From an uncultured Pseudomonadota bacterium (GTDB lineage: Bacteria > Myxococcota_A > UBA796 > JAFGLY01), in the NCBI GenBank assembly GCA_937912125.1, contig CALDOK010000076.1:1592-65591 (forward strand): a DNA stretch of 64,000 bases, given 5' to 3'. The translations under genes and the position numbers were made by a program. This document shows positions 49,043 through 62,254 of the stretch, piece by piece (position 1 is the stretch's first letter; each line of letters starts with the position of its first letter). A model generated the notes under the pieces. It saw only the letters and a program-made list of their open reading frames with translations, was not told the DNA's origin and ran no database searches.

Positions 49043-51781
49043 ATGATGCGCTCCATCGGATTCATGTCCAGGCTCCTGCTGTTGCTCACGGTGCTGGCAT
49101 TCCTGCTCCCGCCTGCTGCCTTGGCCGGCATCACCACCGGCGCCATCAAAGGCACCGCGGTCGACGAAGGCGGTCTGCCCATCCCGGGCGTGCTGCTCAC
49201 CGTCAGCTCGGAGGCCCTGATCGGCGGCGCTCAGCAGCGCTACACCGACGACAGCGGTCGCTTTGCGTTCTTCGAGCTGCCACCTGGGCTCTACGAGCTC
49301 ACGGCCGAAAAAGCCGGGTTCGCCAAGATCATCAAGCCCAACCTGCAGGCCAACATCGGTCGCACGATGCAGCTCACCATCGAGATGCCGCTGGCGCAGG
49401 CCGGTGAGGAGTTCATCGTCGAGGAGAGCCGCCCCACGATCGACACGGAGCAGACATCCAAGGGCGAGGTGCTCTCCCGAGAGTTCCTGCAGCGCATGCC
49501 CACGGGCCGCTCCTACCAGAGCGCCGTGCAGGCAGCCCCGGGCGTCTCGGGCGGCTCCAACCCCAACGTGGGTGGCGCTGGCTCGGACGAGAACACCTAC
49601 ATGCTCGACGGCGTCAACATCACCGACCCCGTCACCGGCACGTTCTCGGCGAACTTCAACTTCGACGCCATCGAGCAGCTCGAGGTCCTCACCAACGCCC
49701 TCGATCCCGAGTACGGCGAAGGCCTGGGCGGCGTCATCAACATCGTCACCCAGTCCGGCTCGAACCGGCTCGAGTTCGACACCCGGGTGTGGGTCGAGAA
49801 CGCCAACTGGTCCCCCAAGATGGACGCACGCTACGCCGCGGACGGCACGGAGATCGCGCCCACCGGCTTCGACTCCCAGCAGGAGTGGTTCCAGATCACC
49901 GCCAAGATCAGCGGCCCCATCGTCCGCGACAAGGCCTGGTTCATCCTCTCCTACGAGTGGGATCGGTCCCTCAACGCCAACGTGGGCATCGACCTGCCCC
50001 GCGACTATGACGCGCACTACATTCTGGGCAAGATCACCGTCCAGCCCAACGCCGCTCACCGCTTCACCTTCCTGGGCCACACGGACCCGACCACGGTCGA
50101 CAACATCAGCCAGAGCGACCGCTACGTGAAGCCCGAGGCACAGGGCCGCCAGACCCAGGGCGGCTACATCGGCTCCCTGCAGTGGGACTGGTTCATCTCC
50201 CCAGAGACCTTCCTCGAGACCAAGCTCACCGCCCAGAAGTCCTTCCTCGAGGTCTACGGCGTGCCCTGCACCCACGACAAGAACTTGGGCTACCACCCCT
50301 GCGAGCCGGACGAGCTCGAGAACTCCCTGGACTTCAGCACCCCCGGACGCATCGGCAGCTACAACGCCTTCGACAGCGGTAACTTCCCATACTACCAGTT
50401 CGACGACCGCTTTCGCTACAATCTGACCAGCAAGTTCTCGCTGCTGCAGATCGAGGCCGCCGGCCTGCACGACATCAAGACCGGCATCCAGCTGGACCGC
50501 ACCCTCTGGAATTGGATCGTCGGCTACACCGGCAACATGTACTTCGTGGACCTCAACGAGGTCAGCTACGCCCCCAGCACCTACAAGAACTTCTACTGGT
50601 GGGAGATCTCGGGCCCCTTCGATACCCGGACCACGAGCGACCACCTCGGCTGGTTCCTGCAGGACGCCTGGAAGCCCATCGACAACCTGACCTTCCGCTA
50701 CGGCGTGCGCTACGACCGCACCGTGCAGCGCAACGACCAGGGCGACGGCGTCGTCGATGCCGGCCTGTGGGGCCCGCGCATCTTCACCGCCTGGGACCCC
50801 TGGGGCGATGGCAAGACCGTCATCCGCGGTGGCTACGGCCGCGTCAACGACACCGGTCGCATGTCGGTGTCCTCCTTCACGTCGCAAGCCCAGACCTTTG
50901 GCTCGAAGGCCTACTGGGGTGAGTACCAGTCCAGCTACAGCAACTACAGCTCCGACCAGGTCGTCTACGATGACGGCGTCGTGCGCGACTACGTCTGGGA
51001 CAACACCACCGCCCCCCACGCCGACGAGTTCATCATCGGCCTTCAGCGCGAGATCGTCCAGGACATGGCCATCGGCGCCAGCTTTCTGGCACGCTACAGC
51101 CGCAACGTCTACGACTACGACGAGGTCAACCTGATCTGGGACGAAGACGGCTACGCCATCATCGGCACCGACGACGGCCAGTACCGCGGCATCAACCGGC
51201 TGCGCACCGCCGACATCTCCCGCCGCGACTACTACGAGTCCGACGTCCAGTTCAAGAAGAACTACGCCGACCGCTGGCAGCTGCTCGCCACCTACTCCTA
51301 CATCGTCTCCCGGGGCACCCTGCAATCGGCGGTGTCCGGCTCGCTGACCAACCCCGAGCAGCTGGACTACCGCTACGGCAACCTGTGGACCGACATGCGG
51401 CATCAGGTCAAGGCCTTCGGCTCGTACGATCTGCCCTGGGATCCTTGGACCACCAAGCTGGGCATGGGCATCCAGTACTACTCGGGCAACCCCTACTCCC
51501 GGTACTACTACTCCGAGGCCGCTGGCGGCTACGGCCTGCTCAAGGACAACCAGGGCTACTACACCCGCACCGAGGGCTACTGGACCTGGGACGTTCAGGT
51601 CAGCCAGGCCATCCCGGTCCGCAAGGGCGAGCTCGAGGCCACCGTGTTGCTCTCCAACATCACCAACAACCAGCAAGCCAACAGCCGCAACGCCGCCTAC
51701 GTCTACGCCCAGAACCGCTGGGTGATCGCCTCGCGCCAGAGCCCGCTCAGCCTAAGCATGGGCCTCCGGTACCACTTCTAA
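49043..51781 (+). CDS. Oar-like TonB-dependent outer-membrane receptor/transporter (carboxypeptidase-regulatory-like domain plus plug plus barrel)
   Basis: Internal MM gives MMRSIGFMSRLLLLLTVLAFLLPPAALA (signal). GAIKGTAVDEGGLPIPGVLLTVSSEALIGGAQQRYTDDSGRFAFFELPPGLYEL (CarbopepD_reg). ...TDPVTGTFSANFNFDAIEQLEVL (plug). C-terminal ...GLRYHF aromatic terminus. Confidence 0.8.
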   Translation: MMRSIGFMSRLLLLLTVLAFLLPPAALAGITTGAIKGTAVDEGGLPIPGVLLTVSSEALIGGAQQRYTDDSGRFAFFELPPGLYELTAEKAGFAKIIKPNLQANIGRTMQLTIEMPLAQAGEEFIVEESRPTIDTEQTSKGEVLSREFLQRMPTGRSYQSAVQAAPGVSGGSNPNVGGAGSDENTYMLDGVNITDPVTGTFSANFNFDAIEQLEVLTNALDPEYGEGLGGVINIVTQSGSNRLEFDTRVWVENANWSPKMDARYAADGTEIAPTGFDSQQEWFQITAKISGPIVRDKAWFILSYEWDRSLNANVGIDLPRDYDAHYILGKITVQPNAAHRFTFLGHTDPTTVDNISQSDRYVKPEAQGRQTQGGYIGSLQWDWFISPETFLETKLTAQKSFLEVYGVPCTHDKNLGYHPCEPDELENSLDFSTPGRIGSYNAFDSGNFPYYQFDDRFRYNLTSKFSLLQIEAAGLHDIKTGIQLDRTLWNWIVGYTGNMYFVDLNEVSYAPSTYKNFYWWEISGPFDTRTTSDHLGWFLQDAWKPIDNLTFRYGVRYDRTVQRNDQGDGVVDAGLWGPRIFTAWDPWGDGKTVIRGGYGRVNDTGRMSVSSFTSQAQTFGSKAYWGEYQSSYSNYSSDQVVYDDGVVRDYVWDNTTAPHADEFIIGLQREIVQDMAIGASFLARYSRNVYDYDEVNLIWDEDGYAIIGTDDGQYRGINRLRTADISRRDYYESDVQFKKNYADRWQLLATYSYIVSRGTLQSAVSGSLTNPEQLDYRYGNLWTDMRHQVKAFGSYDLPWDPWTTKLGMGIQYYSGNPYSRYYYSEAAGGYGLLKDNQGYYTRTEGYWTWDVQVSQAIPVRKGELEATVLLSNITNNQQANSRNAAYVYAQNRWVIASRQSPLSLSMGLRYHF

Positions 51782-52695
51782 TGGGAACCACGATGCGTAC
51801 TCTCCCGATCCTGCTCATCGTCCTCGGCGCCACCTCCTGCGGCTACGAAGAGGACCTCCCCGAGATCGACTTCTCCGGGCGTGTCATCGTCCCCAAAGAA
51901 GCCGCCACCAAGATCGTCGAGATCGACGGTGTCGAGACCGAACTCACGGACATCCGCTTCCTGGGCCCCGTGTTCCTGGGGGCCTACCCCTCGGTCACCA
52001 ACACGGGCTTCCCCTACCCTCACCCAGAAATGGGTCCGGTCATCGATCCGGCCTACCCGGGCAACACCTACCCCTATGGTGGCACCAGCATCGGCCGCTT
52101 CGACTTCGCCTGCTTCGAAGCCGTGGCCTGCAAGGTCACCACGGGTCGCTTCGAGAGCTTCGACAAGATCATCGAGTACTTCTCGTGGTCCGACGAGCCG
52201 GTGGTGGACCCCTTCGGCAATCTGGTCGAGTCTCCGGACTACTACCAGCAGTACTGCTTGGACTACTACTACAACACCGAGCTCACCGAGTTCGGCTTCC
52301 TGGCCATCGCCGAAGACGAAGACGGCGATCTGGTCCCCGACCTCGACTTCGAGCAGATCACCGCCGGCCACGAGCTCGCGGCCGAATACGAGGGCGACTT
52401 CGTGGCCGAGTTCACCATGCGCCACACGGTGTGGACCGAAGGCATGTCCATCTGGGGCTTCCTGGACAACCCCTCCCAGGACTTCACCTTCTCCACCTGC
52501 AACGACGACGTTCTCGGCAACGCCCGCAACGACTACAACCTCTACTTCAGCGCCGGTGGTCACCACCACGACATCCTGAACTACCCCAGCCTCTACATCA
52601 ACGAAGGCGACTGGGTGGTGCGCGATGCGCACGTGATGACCTCCAAGGACGACGAGCCCCTGCTGGTGCTCGACTGTCCCGCGTCCGGTTGCTGA
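51781..52695 (+). CDS. Hypothetical lipoprotein (possibly starts at 51793)
   Basis: TAATG overlap with the receptor stop. MGTTMRTLPILLIVLGATSCG lipobox. Cys-rich, no domain recognised. Confidence 0.55.
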   Translation: MGTTMRTLPILLIVLGATSCGYEEDLPEIDFSGRVIVPKEAATKIVEIDGVETELTDIRFLGPVFLGAYPSVTNTGFPYPHPEMGPVIDPAYPGNTYPYGGTSIGRFDFACFEAVACKVTTGRFESFDKIIEYFSWSDEPVVDPFGNLVESPDYYQQYCLDYYYNTELTEFGFLAIAEDEDGDLVPDLDFEQITAGHELAAEYEGDFVAEFTMRHTVWTEGMSIWGFLDNPSQDFTFSTCNDDVLGNARNDYNLYFSAGGHHHDILNYPSLYINEGDWVVRDAHVMTSKDDEPLLVLDCPASGC

Positions 52696-52700
52696 GGGGA

Positions 52701-53546
52701 ATGACCATGCGAAGCTCCATCATCATCCTGTCTCTGACCCTGGTCTCCGCCTGCGACCGCACCGGCGCCTACCTGGTGCCCCAGCAGACCGAAGGGGTGG
52801 ACCCCGTGCTCGAGCTCGGCGAGCTCCTCGTGCTCACCGACGCCGAGTGGGACGACGCCTCGAGCCGGCACCAGTACATCACCTATGCCAACATCGGTGC
52901 CCCGGAACCCGGCGCGCAGTCCGGAGCCACGTACACCTTCCTGGGTACCGGCGACAAGGTCTGCATCGTGGTCGATCCCGAGTCCGTGTTCTGGAACACT
53001 TCGGTGGCCACCAACAACCCCTCCGAGACCTACTCCTACTCCGACAACTACCTCGACGACGGCGACCTGGACCTCAAGGCCGGCTTCTCCGCCACCTACA
53101 CGGGCTCGCCAGGCATCGAGCTGGGCGACTTCTACGGGCAGTACACCGACAGCCTCGGCAACACCGTCGAGATCGCCTACAACCTGTGCGAGAACGTCGA
53201 CTACTACGGCGACACCCCCGCCTACGCGGGCAAAGCAAACGCCGAGTACTGCGAGATCGACACCGAGGGCCGCGAGGGCATCGAGTACACCGTGCTGCTC
53301 AAGACCTTCTCCCTGCCCATCGATGACAGCATCCTGTCTTTCGCTACCGCCGTGTACGACGGCGGCTGCCGCAACATCGACGAGTGCACCCTGCGCTACG
53401 AGTCCCGCGACGTGTGGGTCGAAGGCGAAGAGGTCATGTCCTCGGTGCGCGAGGGCTTCGATGAGCTCGAGCAGGCCTACTGCGACAACGACATGTACAA
53501 CTACTGCATGGCCAACCCGGACATGTGCGGCAGCCCGCCCGACTAG
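52701..53546 (+). CDS. Hypothetical lipoprotein
   Basis: MTMRSSIIILSLTLVSACD lipobox after RBS-like GAGGGGA. Same strand, 5 nt after the previous gene. Confidence 0.55.
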   Translation: MTMRSSIIILSLTLVSACDRTGAYLVPQQTEGVDPVLELGELLVLTDAEWDDASSRHQYITYANIGAPEPGAQSGATYTFLGTGDKVCIVVDPESVFWNTSVATNNPSETYSYSDNYLDDGDLDLKAGFSATYTGSPGIELGDFYGQYTDSLGNTVEIAYNLCENVDYYGDTPAYAGKANAEYCEIDTEGREGIEYTVLLKTFSLPIDDSILSFATAVYDGGCRNIDECTLRYESRDVWVEGEEVMSSVREGFDELEQAYCDNDMYNYCMANPDMCGSPPD

Positions 53547-53595
53547 CCTGTCCGGAGCCGTCCCAACAGCCGCCCTTCGGGGCGGCTGTGGTGCT

Positions 53596-55269
53596 TCAGG
53601 GCTTCACCAACGACGCAGAGGCTACCGGCGCCACCACCACGCCGCGCTCCGGCAGGATGCGAACCAGCCACGCCTGCCCGTCTCCGTCCAGCCGCACGCC
53701 GTCGTAGGGCCCCAAGCGACCGAGCTCGATGGGCTGCTCCCATGTAGAGCAGTGGGCCCAGCTGACACCGGCACCGTCCACACCCACCAGGATGTAGGGC
53801 TGGTAGCCACGCGGTGCCACCTGGCTGACCCTGCTACCGCCGGGGATGCCGGCACCGGGCACGGTGGCGATGACGCGACCGTTGATGCTCAGCCAGATCC
53901 CTGGCAGCCCCTGAGCCCGGTCTTCGGCCTCACCAAGCCACGCGAAGACGGCCGTGCCCCCTGCCTGGTCATCACTCTCGGGGAGCACCCCGAAGCGCAC
54001 TCCGAGCACAGGAGGGGGGGTCATGGCAGCCAGGCGATCGGAAACGAAACCCATGATCTTGCCAGAGACCAACGCTCCGGAAGCCGAACCGCCCTGGGCA
54101 GCGCGGGGCTGGGCCAGCAGCTGGACCTCACCAGCACGCACAGCCTGGGGCAACAGGCGGTGGCCCACAGCGGGCAGCTCCTGCTCTGGCGCGGCGTCCA
54201 TGGTGTAGAGGTCGAGCTTGCCGTCATGGTGCAGCAGCAGGCGCAGGCGGCCCGCGCCGTCCACCCAGCTGTCCGCCGCCGGCGGCGCATCCAGCGCGAC
54301 CACCTTGCGGAAGCGGGGCTGGCCGCGGGGATCGATGCTGACAACCCGGACCTCGCCCCCGGCGCCCGCGGGAGCTGGAATCCAGACCGGCACATGCAGG
54401 CCGCCCTCGGCGTCTCCTCCCGCGCGGGCCAGCAGCTGCCAGCTCGGGTAGGGAAGGCTGACCTCCCGGGGCTCATGGCGTAGCTTTCGCTCCTCGAGCC
54501 GTGCGTAGGCGATGTTGCGCTCCCCGCTGCGCCAGTACACGTAGCGATCCGCGCCATCGACGCTGCGCCCCATGGACAGGAGCGGATCCACGCGGCCCTC
54601 GAGGGCCGTCAGGCGCCACTCGGTTCCCCTGTCGCCCGGGCGACCATCGGGCGCCGTGTGCAGGTAGAGATCGTAGCCGGCCTGACCCTGGTGGACCCAG
54701 GGGACCTGCCACCCGAGGGTCGAGGACCCCGCCTCGGTGACGTCGGCGGCGACGGGCTTGGGCTGCTCGACGAGCACAGTGCTGGGCCCCAGCACGAGCG
54801 CCTCGTCGCCGACCTGCACGACGACCTTCAGCTCGTAGCGCCCGGGGGCCAGGGTGGAGCTGACCGGGATCTCCAGGCTGACCTGGCGGGAGCCGCGGGG
54901 GGGCAGCTGCCAGCGCAGCAGCTCCTCTTCGTCCGGTGGCGTGTTGTAGCGGGTCTGCTTCTTGCCACTGGACGAGACCAGCTCGAACGTGACCAGGTGG
55001 GGCAAAAGATCGAGCCTGGGGAACTCGACGACGGCCTCGTGCGGGTTGGTGACGCGCAGGGTGACCACCAGCGAACGGCCCGCCAGGTACGAGGGCCGCA
55101 GGTCGGCGACAAGCTCGACACCCGCCGCCGTGCGGGCGACGACCGCTGACTGCGCTTCGGCGACGGCGAGGCCGGTGGGCTCGGCTTGCTGCGCAGAGGC
55201 CAACGGAACCAGGAGGGCAAGTCCGGCCAGGGCGGTGAAGACGACGACGCGTGGAGCAGCTCGAAGCAT
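53596..55269 (-). CDS. Secreted hypothetical protein (beta-rich)
   Basis: Signal MLRAAPRVVVFTALAGLALLVPLASAQQ. No recognised domain. Confidence 0.5.
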   Translation of the reverse strand: MLRAAPRVVVFTALAGLALLVPLASAQQAEPTGLAVAEAQSAVVARTAAGVELVADLRPSYLAGRSLVVTLRVTNPHEAVVEFPRLDLLPHLVTFELVSSSGKKQTRYNTPPDEEELLRWQLPPRGSRQVSLEIPVSSTLAPGRYELKVVVQVGDEALVLGPSTVLVEQPKPVAADVTEAGSSTLGWQVPWVHQGQAGYDLYLHTAPDGRPGDRGTEWRLTALEGRVDPLLSMGRSVDGADRYVYWRSGERNIAYARLEERKLRHEPREVSLPYPSWQLLARAGGDAEGGLHVPVWIPAPAGAGGEVRVVSIDPRGQPRFRKVVALDAPPAADSWVDGAGRLRLLLHHDGKLDLYTMDAAPEQELPAVGHRLLPQAVRAGEVQLLAQPRAAQGGSASGALVSGKIMGFVSDRLAAMTPPPVLGVRFGVLPESDDQAGGTAVFAWLGEAEDRAQGLPGIWLSINGRVIATVPGAGIPGGSRVSQVAPRGYQPYILVGVDGAGVSWAHCSTWEQPIELGRLGPYDGVRLDGDGQAWLVRILPERGVVVAPVASASLVKP

Positions 55270-55317
55270 GGGGGTCCCGGGGGCCGATGAAGACCAGCAC
55301 TTACCCTGCCAAGCAGC

Positions 55318-56616
55318 CTACGGGCCACGCGGGGCCGGACCCAGACCCTCGAGGAGCACCGCGCTGTCCTGGATGCCCTCCTCGAGCTGCCGTAGGTAGA
55401 GCTCCTCGAGCAGGACCCCCATGTCGGGCCCCGGAGCCATTCCCAGCGCCTTCAGATCGCGACCGCTCACCAGAGGCCCCGGCGGCTCCAGGCCCACCCC
55501 CAGCTCCTCGGCGCGCCTGGCAGGGCCGGCGCAGTCCCGCCCCAGGGCCTGGGCCAGCGCCAGCCACAGCCGCAGCCCGCCCATGCGCCGGGCCTCCCGC
55601 GCGAGGGTTCGCAGCGCGCCATCGGGGATGGGAGCCGTCAACGCCGGCGCGCGAGCCAGGGCGCCCTGCACAGCCCCACGCAGGGAGAAGCCCGCGGCGC
55701 TGTGGACATCCAGACGGTCGAACACGGACTCCAGCTGCCCGGGGTCCACAGGATGAAGCAGGGCGCAGAGCATCAGCGCCTCGGCGCGTCCCGGCTGCCC
55801 CGCCAGGACCCCGTCCCGTGCGGCGACCGCCTGGTCCACGGCCCGATACACAGGCTCCCAGTCTAGCTGCGCGAGCGCCGGATGCAGCCGCCTCCACAAG
55901 CTGGCCTCCACCCCCACCCGCAGGCCCCAGGAGGGAGCGGACGGCAGCATGAGCAGCTTGCGCAGCTCACCGTGGATGCGCTCGGCAGGCAGCTCGTGGA
56001 CCGGCACGGAGCCACACAGCTCCCGCAGGGCGGGATCCACATCGAAGCGAAAACGAGCCGCGAACTGAGGCACGCGCAGCGCTCGCAGTGGGTCCTCCGT
56101 GAAGGTGGCGGGGTCCACCGCACGAAGCAAGCGCCGCTTCAGGTCCGCCTCGCCGTGGAAGGGATCCACCAGCTCGTCGCTCAGGGGGTCGAAGGCGATG
56201 GCGTTCACCGTCAGGTCTCGTCGCCGGGCGGCCTCCACGAGCCCTAGCCAGGGATCGCCTTGGGCACGGATGCCACGGTGGCCGGGGCGCACCCGGCTGT
56301 CCCTGCGCGGCAGGCTCACGTCGATGTCAGCGCCGCCCAGGGACAGCTTGAACACCGAGAACGCCCTCCCGACGAGGTTCACGGGGCCGAGCCGCACCAG
56401 GATGCGCTCGAGAGCATCCAGCGGCAGCCCGTGGACCTCCACATCGAGATCCACAGGCCCGTGTCCGACCCCCGACGCTCCCCCACTTCCCACCAGCCCG
56501 TGGTGAGCCAGCAGCATGTCCCGCACAGCACCTCCAACCAGCAGGGCGCGACCGCCCGCGGCGCGACAGCGGTGTGCCAGAGGCAAGATCGGGGCGAAGG
56601 TGGATGGAAGGGACAT
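55318..56616 (-). CDS. CCA-adding enzyme / poly(A) polymerase family nucleotidyltransferase
   Basis: Internal M (aa 121) gives MSLPSTFAPILPLAHRCRAAGGRALLVGGAVRDMLL...DLDVEVHG...RRDLTVNAIAFD, the class II tRNA nucleotidyltransferase head motifs. Confidence 0.75.
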   Translation of the reverse strand: MSLPSTFAPILPLAHRCRAAGGRALLVGGAVRDMLLAHHGLVGSGGASGVGHGPVDLDVEVHGLPLDALERILVRLGPVNLVGRAFSVFKLSLGGADIDVSLPRRDSRVRPGHRGIRAQGDPWLGLVEAARRRDLTVNAIAFDPLSDELVDPFHGEADLKRRLLRAVDPATFTEDPLRALRVPQFAARFRFDVDPALRELCGSVPVHELPAERIHGELRKLLMLPSAPSWGLRVGVEASLWRRLHPALAQLDWEPVYRAVDQAVAARDGVLAGQPGRAEALMLCALLHPVDPGQLESVFDRLDVHSAAGFSLRGAVQGALARAPALTAPIPDGALRTLAREARRMGGLRLWLALAQALGRDCAGPARRAEELGVGLEPPGPLVSGRDLKALGMAPGPDMGVLLEELYLRQLEEGIQDSAVLLEGLGPAPRGP

Positions 56617-56719
56617 GGCCAGCGTGTTGCTCCGGACGTGGTGGACGGGTACAGTCGGGCGAAGTCCGGCGGACCGCCGCCGCTCCCGTCCAGAGAGTAT
56701 AGGCGCAGGAGGTACCTCG

Positions 56720-57259
56720 ATGCTGGCCGCCATTCCGCTGTTGTTGGCCCTTACGACGGGCGTGGTCCGAGCACAAGAGCCCATCACGGTGGGAGCGCCC
56801 GCCCGGGCCTTCTCCCTGCAAGCCATGAACGAGGACGCCGCGGTAGCCCTCGTTCGGCAGCGCACGGTCACCCTCGGCGAGCTGGTCGGCATCCAGCCTG
56901 CCCACCCCGCCACGGGGGTGGTGCTGTACTTCTTCGACCGCCCCGGCGGCGGCGAAGGCCTGCGCCCCATCAACAACCTGGCTCGCCGCTACCGCAGTGA
57001 GGGCATCCGCTTCATCGCCATCTCCATCGATGCCGAGCCCGAGGTGGCCGACTGGGTCACCAGCCTGCGCCTCGACTTTCCCGTGCTTCGCGACAACCAC
57101 CACATCGTCGCCGACCGCTACGGTGTGCGGGAGACCCCCATGGTGGTGCTGGTGGACTCCAACGGCATCGTCTTCTCAGCCGGCGCGCCCGCGATGATGG
57201 AGCTCGAGGCCACCCTGGACGCCGAGGTCCGAGCGCTGGTGTCCCCCACCGGCGAGTAG
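56720..57259 (+). CDS. Secreted redoxin/TlpA-like thioredoxin-fold protein lacking CxxC
   Basis: RBS AGGAGGT. MLAAIPLLLALTTGVVRAQEP signal. ...VVLYFFDRPGGGEGLRPINNLARRYRSEGIRFIAISID...HIVADRYGV...VVLVDSNGIV (AhpC/TSA-redoxin layout, no catalytic Cys pair). Confidence 0.6.
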   Translation: MLAAIPLLLALTTGVVRAQEPITVGAPARAFSLQAMNEDAAVALVRQRTVTLGELVGIQPAHPATGVVLYFFDRPGGGEGLRPINNLARRYRSEGIRFIAISIDAEPEVADWVTSLRLDFPVLRDNHHIVADRYGVRETPMVVLVDSNGIVFSAGAPAMMELEATLDAEVRALVSPTGE

Positions 57260-57305
57260 CCGCGCTGGGCAGCCCAGCGACGAAACCCCGACTGCCCCAG
57301 GCCTG

Positions 57306-58832
<1,527 letters not shown>

Positions 58833-58932
58833 GGGGCCTATCCGCTCCAGGTGGGGGTACAGGAAGCTACAACCTTACGCGGCGGTCAGGGGTAGCGCAA
58901 CAGCAGGACAACAGGAAAGGCGACCATGCTGA

Positions 58933-60189
<1,257 letters not shown>

Positions 60190-60274
60190 GCGGCTCCGCT
60201 TCCCCGGTGTTACCCTCGTGGTCCCTCGCCACCGCCGGGCATCCCGCCCAGGGCGGGGCGATCACGGAGACAAG

Positions 60275-61285
60275 ATGGGCTCGGACTATCGCATCAACTG
60301 CTGCCCCGATGGACTCGTCACCGACCGCCGGCGGCGCACCAAGGTCCTGGACTGCACCATCCGCGACGGCGGGATCTGCAACGCCTGGCAGTTCGACCAC
60401 GACCTCGTCACCATGGTCTTCGACGCCCTGGTCGAGGCGAACATCGACTACATGGAGGTGGGCTACCGCACCACCCCCGGGGTCTTCGCCGGCGCAGGGC
60501 CCTGGCGCTTCTGCACTGAAGAAGACCTGCGCCGCGCCGTGAAGCCCGGCCGCATCAAGCTGACCACCATGGTCGACATCGGCCGCGTCACCGCTGCCGA
60601 CATCCCCGCCAAGCGTGACACGGTGGTGGATGTGGTCCGGGTGGCCTGCTACGCCCATCAGCTCGACGAGGCCTTCCGGATCGTCGATCACTGCCTCGAG
60701 GCCGGGTACGAGACCTTCATCAACCTCATGGCGGTCTCGGCCGTGGAGATCAAGGAGCTGGACCAGGCTCTGATGCGCGTGGCCCACAGCGGCGCCCATG
60801 TCCTGGCTCTGGTGGACAGCTACGGCGCGCTGTTCCCGTACCACGTTCGCTACATGCTCCGGAAGTACATGAACTACCTGGGCGAAGGCAAGAAGATCGG
60901 CGCCCACTTCCACAACAACCAGCAGCAGGCCTTCGCCAACTCCATCGCCGCCATCGACGAGGGTGCCGACATCGTCGATGCCACCATCCACGGCATCGGC
61001 CGCGGCGCCGGCAACTGCCCTCTCGAGCTGCTGCTGTTCTACCTGGACAACCCCAGCTACGACGTCAAGCCGGTGCTCGACCTGGTCGACGAGTTCGCTA
61101 CCCTGCGCGACTCCCTGCGCTGGGGCTACCACCTGCCCTACGCCATCACCGGGTACTACAACGAGCATCCCCGCGAGGGCATCGAGCTGATGGGCCGGCC
61201 CGACCGCTACAAGTGCCGCACCTTCTACCAGGCTCGCACCGGCAAGTTCGCCGAACGCAAGGATCTGCCGCCTCCACGCAAGTAG
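60275..61285 (+). CDS. HMGL-like (pyruvate carboxyltransferase/DRE-TIM) aldolase family protein
   Basis: Internal M20 gives MGSDYRINCC. VLDCTIRDGGICNAWQFD...HFHNNQQQAFANSIAAIDEGADIVDATIHGIGRGAGNCPLE, the TIM-barrel metallo-lyase pattern as in 4-hydroxy-2-oxovalerate aldolase or citramalate synthase. Confidence 0.7.
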   Translation: MGSDYRINCCPDGLVTDRRRRTKVLDCTIRDGGICNAWQFDHDLVTMVFDALVEANIDYMEVGYRTTPGVFAGAGPWRFCTEEDLRRAVKPGRIKLTTMVDIGRVTAADIPAKRDTVVDVVRVACYAHQLDEAFRIVDHCLEAGYETFINLMAVSAVEIKELDQALMRVAHSGAHVLALVDSYGALFPYHVRYMLRKYMNYLGEGKKIGAHFHNNQQQAFANSIAAIDEGADIVDATIHGIGRGAGNCPLELLLFYLDNPSYDVKPVLDLVDEFATLRDSLRWGYHLPYAITGYYNEHPREGIELMGRPDRYKCRTFYQARTGKFAERKDLPPPRK

Positions 61286-61327
61286 CGGCTTGCCTTGGCC
61301 CCGTGCCAGCGGTATTCCGCCGGCGCC

Positions 61328-62254
61328 ATGAGCCCCTTCGTCTTCGACACCGGCATCCCCTTCCTTCAGGCAGGGGAGATCTACGCCTTCAGCTGTGCCT
61401 TGCTGTGGGCGGTCGCGGTGATCCTGTTCCGCAAGACCGGCGAGACCATCGAGCCGGTGGCCCTGAACCTGTTCAAGGCGGTCGTTGGGCTGCTGCTGTT
61501 CGCGGTGACCATGCCCATCTTCGGGGTGCCGTTCTTCCCCGAAGGGGCCCCACTGGCGGACTGGCTGGTGCTGCTGGGCAGCGGCGCTCTGGGCATCGCG
61601 GTGGCCGACAGCGTCTTCTTCGCCAGCCTCAACCGGCTCGGCGCCGGCCGCTCGGCCATCGTGGACTGCATGTACAGCCCCTTCGTGGTGCTCTGCTCGG
61701 CCCTGTACCTGGGTGAGCCCCGCGGTCCCTGGCTACTGCCCGCCATGGCGCTGATGGTGGTCGCCATCCTGGTGGGCACCTGGAGCCCCGAGGAGCGCGC
61801 GGACGACCCCGCCGCCCGTCGCGCCATCCGCGAAGGCGTGGTGCTGGGGATCGTGGCCATGCTGACCATGGCCGCGGGCATCGTCTGGGCCAAGCCCGTG
61901 CTCGACCGCAGCCAGCCCATGTGGGCCACCACCGTGCGCCTGGCCGGCGGCGCGATCTTCCTGGCCGCCCAGGGCGCCATGCCCCGCTGGCGACGCGGGG
62001 TGATCAAGGTCTTCAGCCCCGGCCCCCACTGGAAGGTGGCGATCCCCGCCGCCACGATCGGCACCTACTTCGCCTTGTTCCTGTGGATTCTGGGCATGAC
62101 CTACACCCAGACCAACACCGCCTCGGTGCTCAACCAGAGCTCCACGGTCTTCATCCTGATCCTGGCCACCATCTTCCTGAAGGAGCCCCTCACCTGGAAG
62201 CGCGGGGTGGCCATCGTCATGGGCATGGCCGCCGCGGTGATGGTGGCCCTCTAG
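61328..62254 (+). CDS. EamA/DMT-superfamily transporter
   Basis: Ten hydrophobic helices in two repeated halves (...ALLWAVAVILFRKTGE... / ...ALFLWILGMTYTQTNTASVLNQSSTVFILILATIFLKE...). Start taken at M12 of the track ORF. Confidence 0.7.
   Translation: MSPFVFDTGIPFLQAGEIYAFSCALLWAVAVILFRKTGETIEPVALNLFKAVVGLLLFAVTMPIFGVPFFPEGAPLADWLVLLGSGALGIAVADSVFFASLNRLGAGRSAIVDCMYSPFVVLCSALYLGEPRGPWLLPAMALMVVAILVGTWSPEERADDPAARRAIREGVVLGIVAMLTMAAGIVWAKPVLDRSQPMWATTVRLAGGAIFLAAQGAMPRWRRGVIKVFSPGPHWKVAIPAATIGTYFALFLWILGMTYTQTNTASVLNQSSTVFILILATIFLKEPLTWKRGVAIVMGMAAAVMVAL

Noticed and set aside
49019-51676. 885-aa minus-strand ORF
   Set aside because: It is antisense to the Oar-like TonB-dependent receptor gene.
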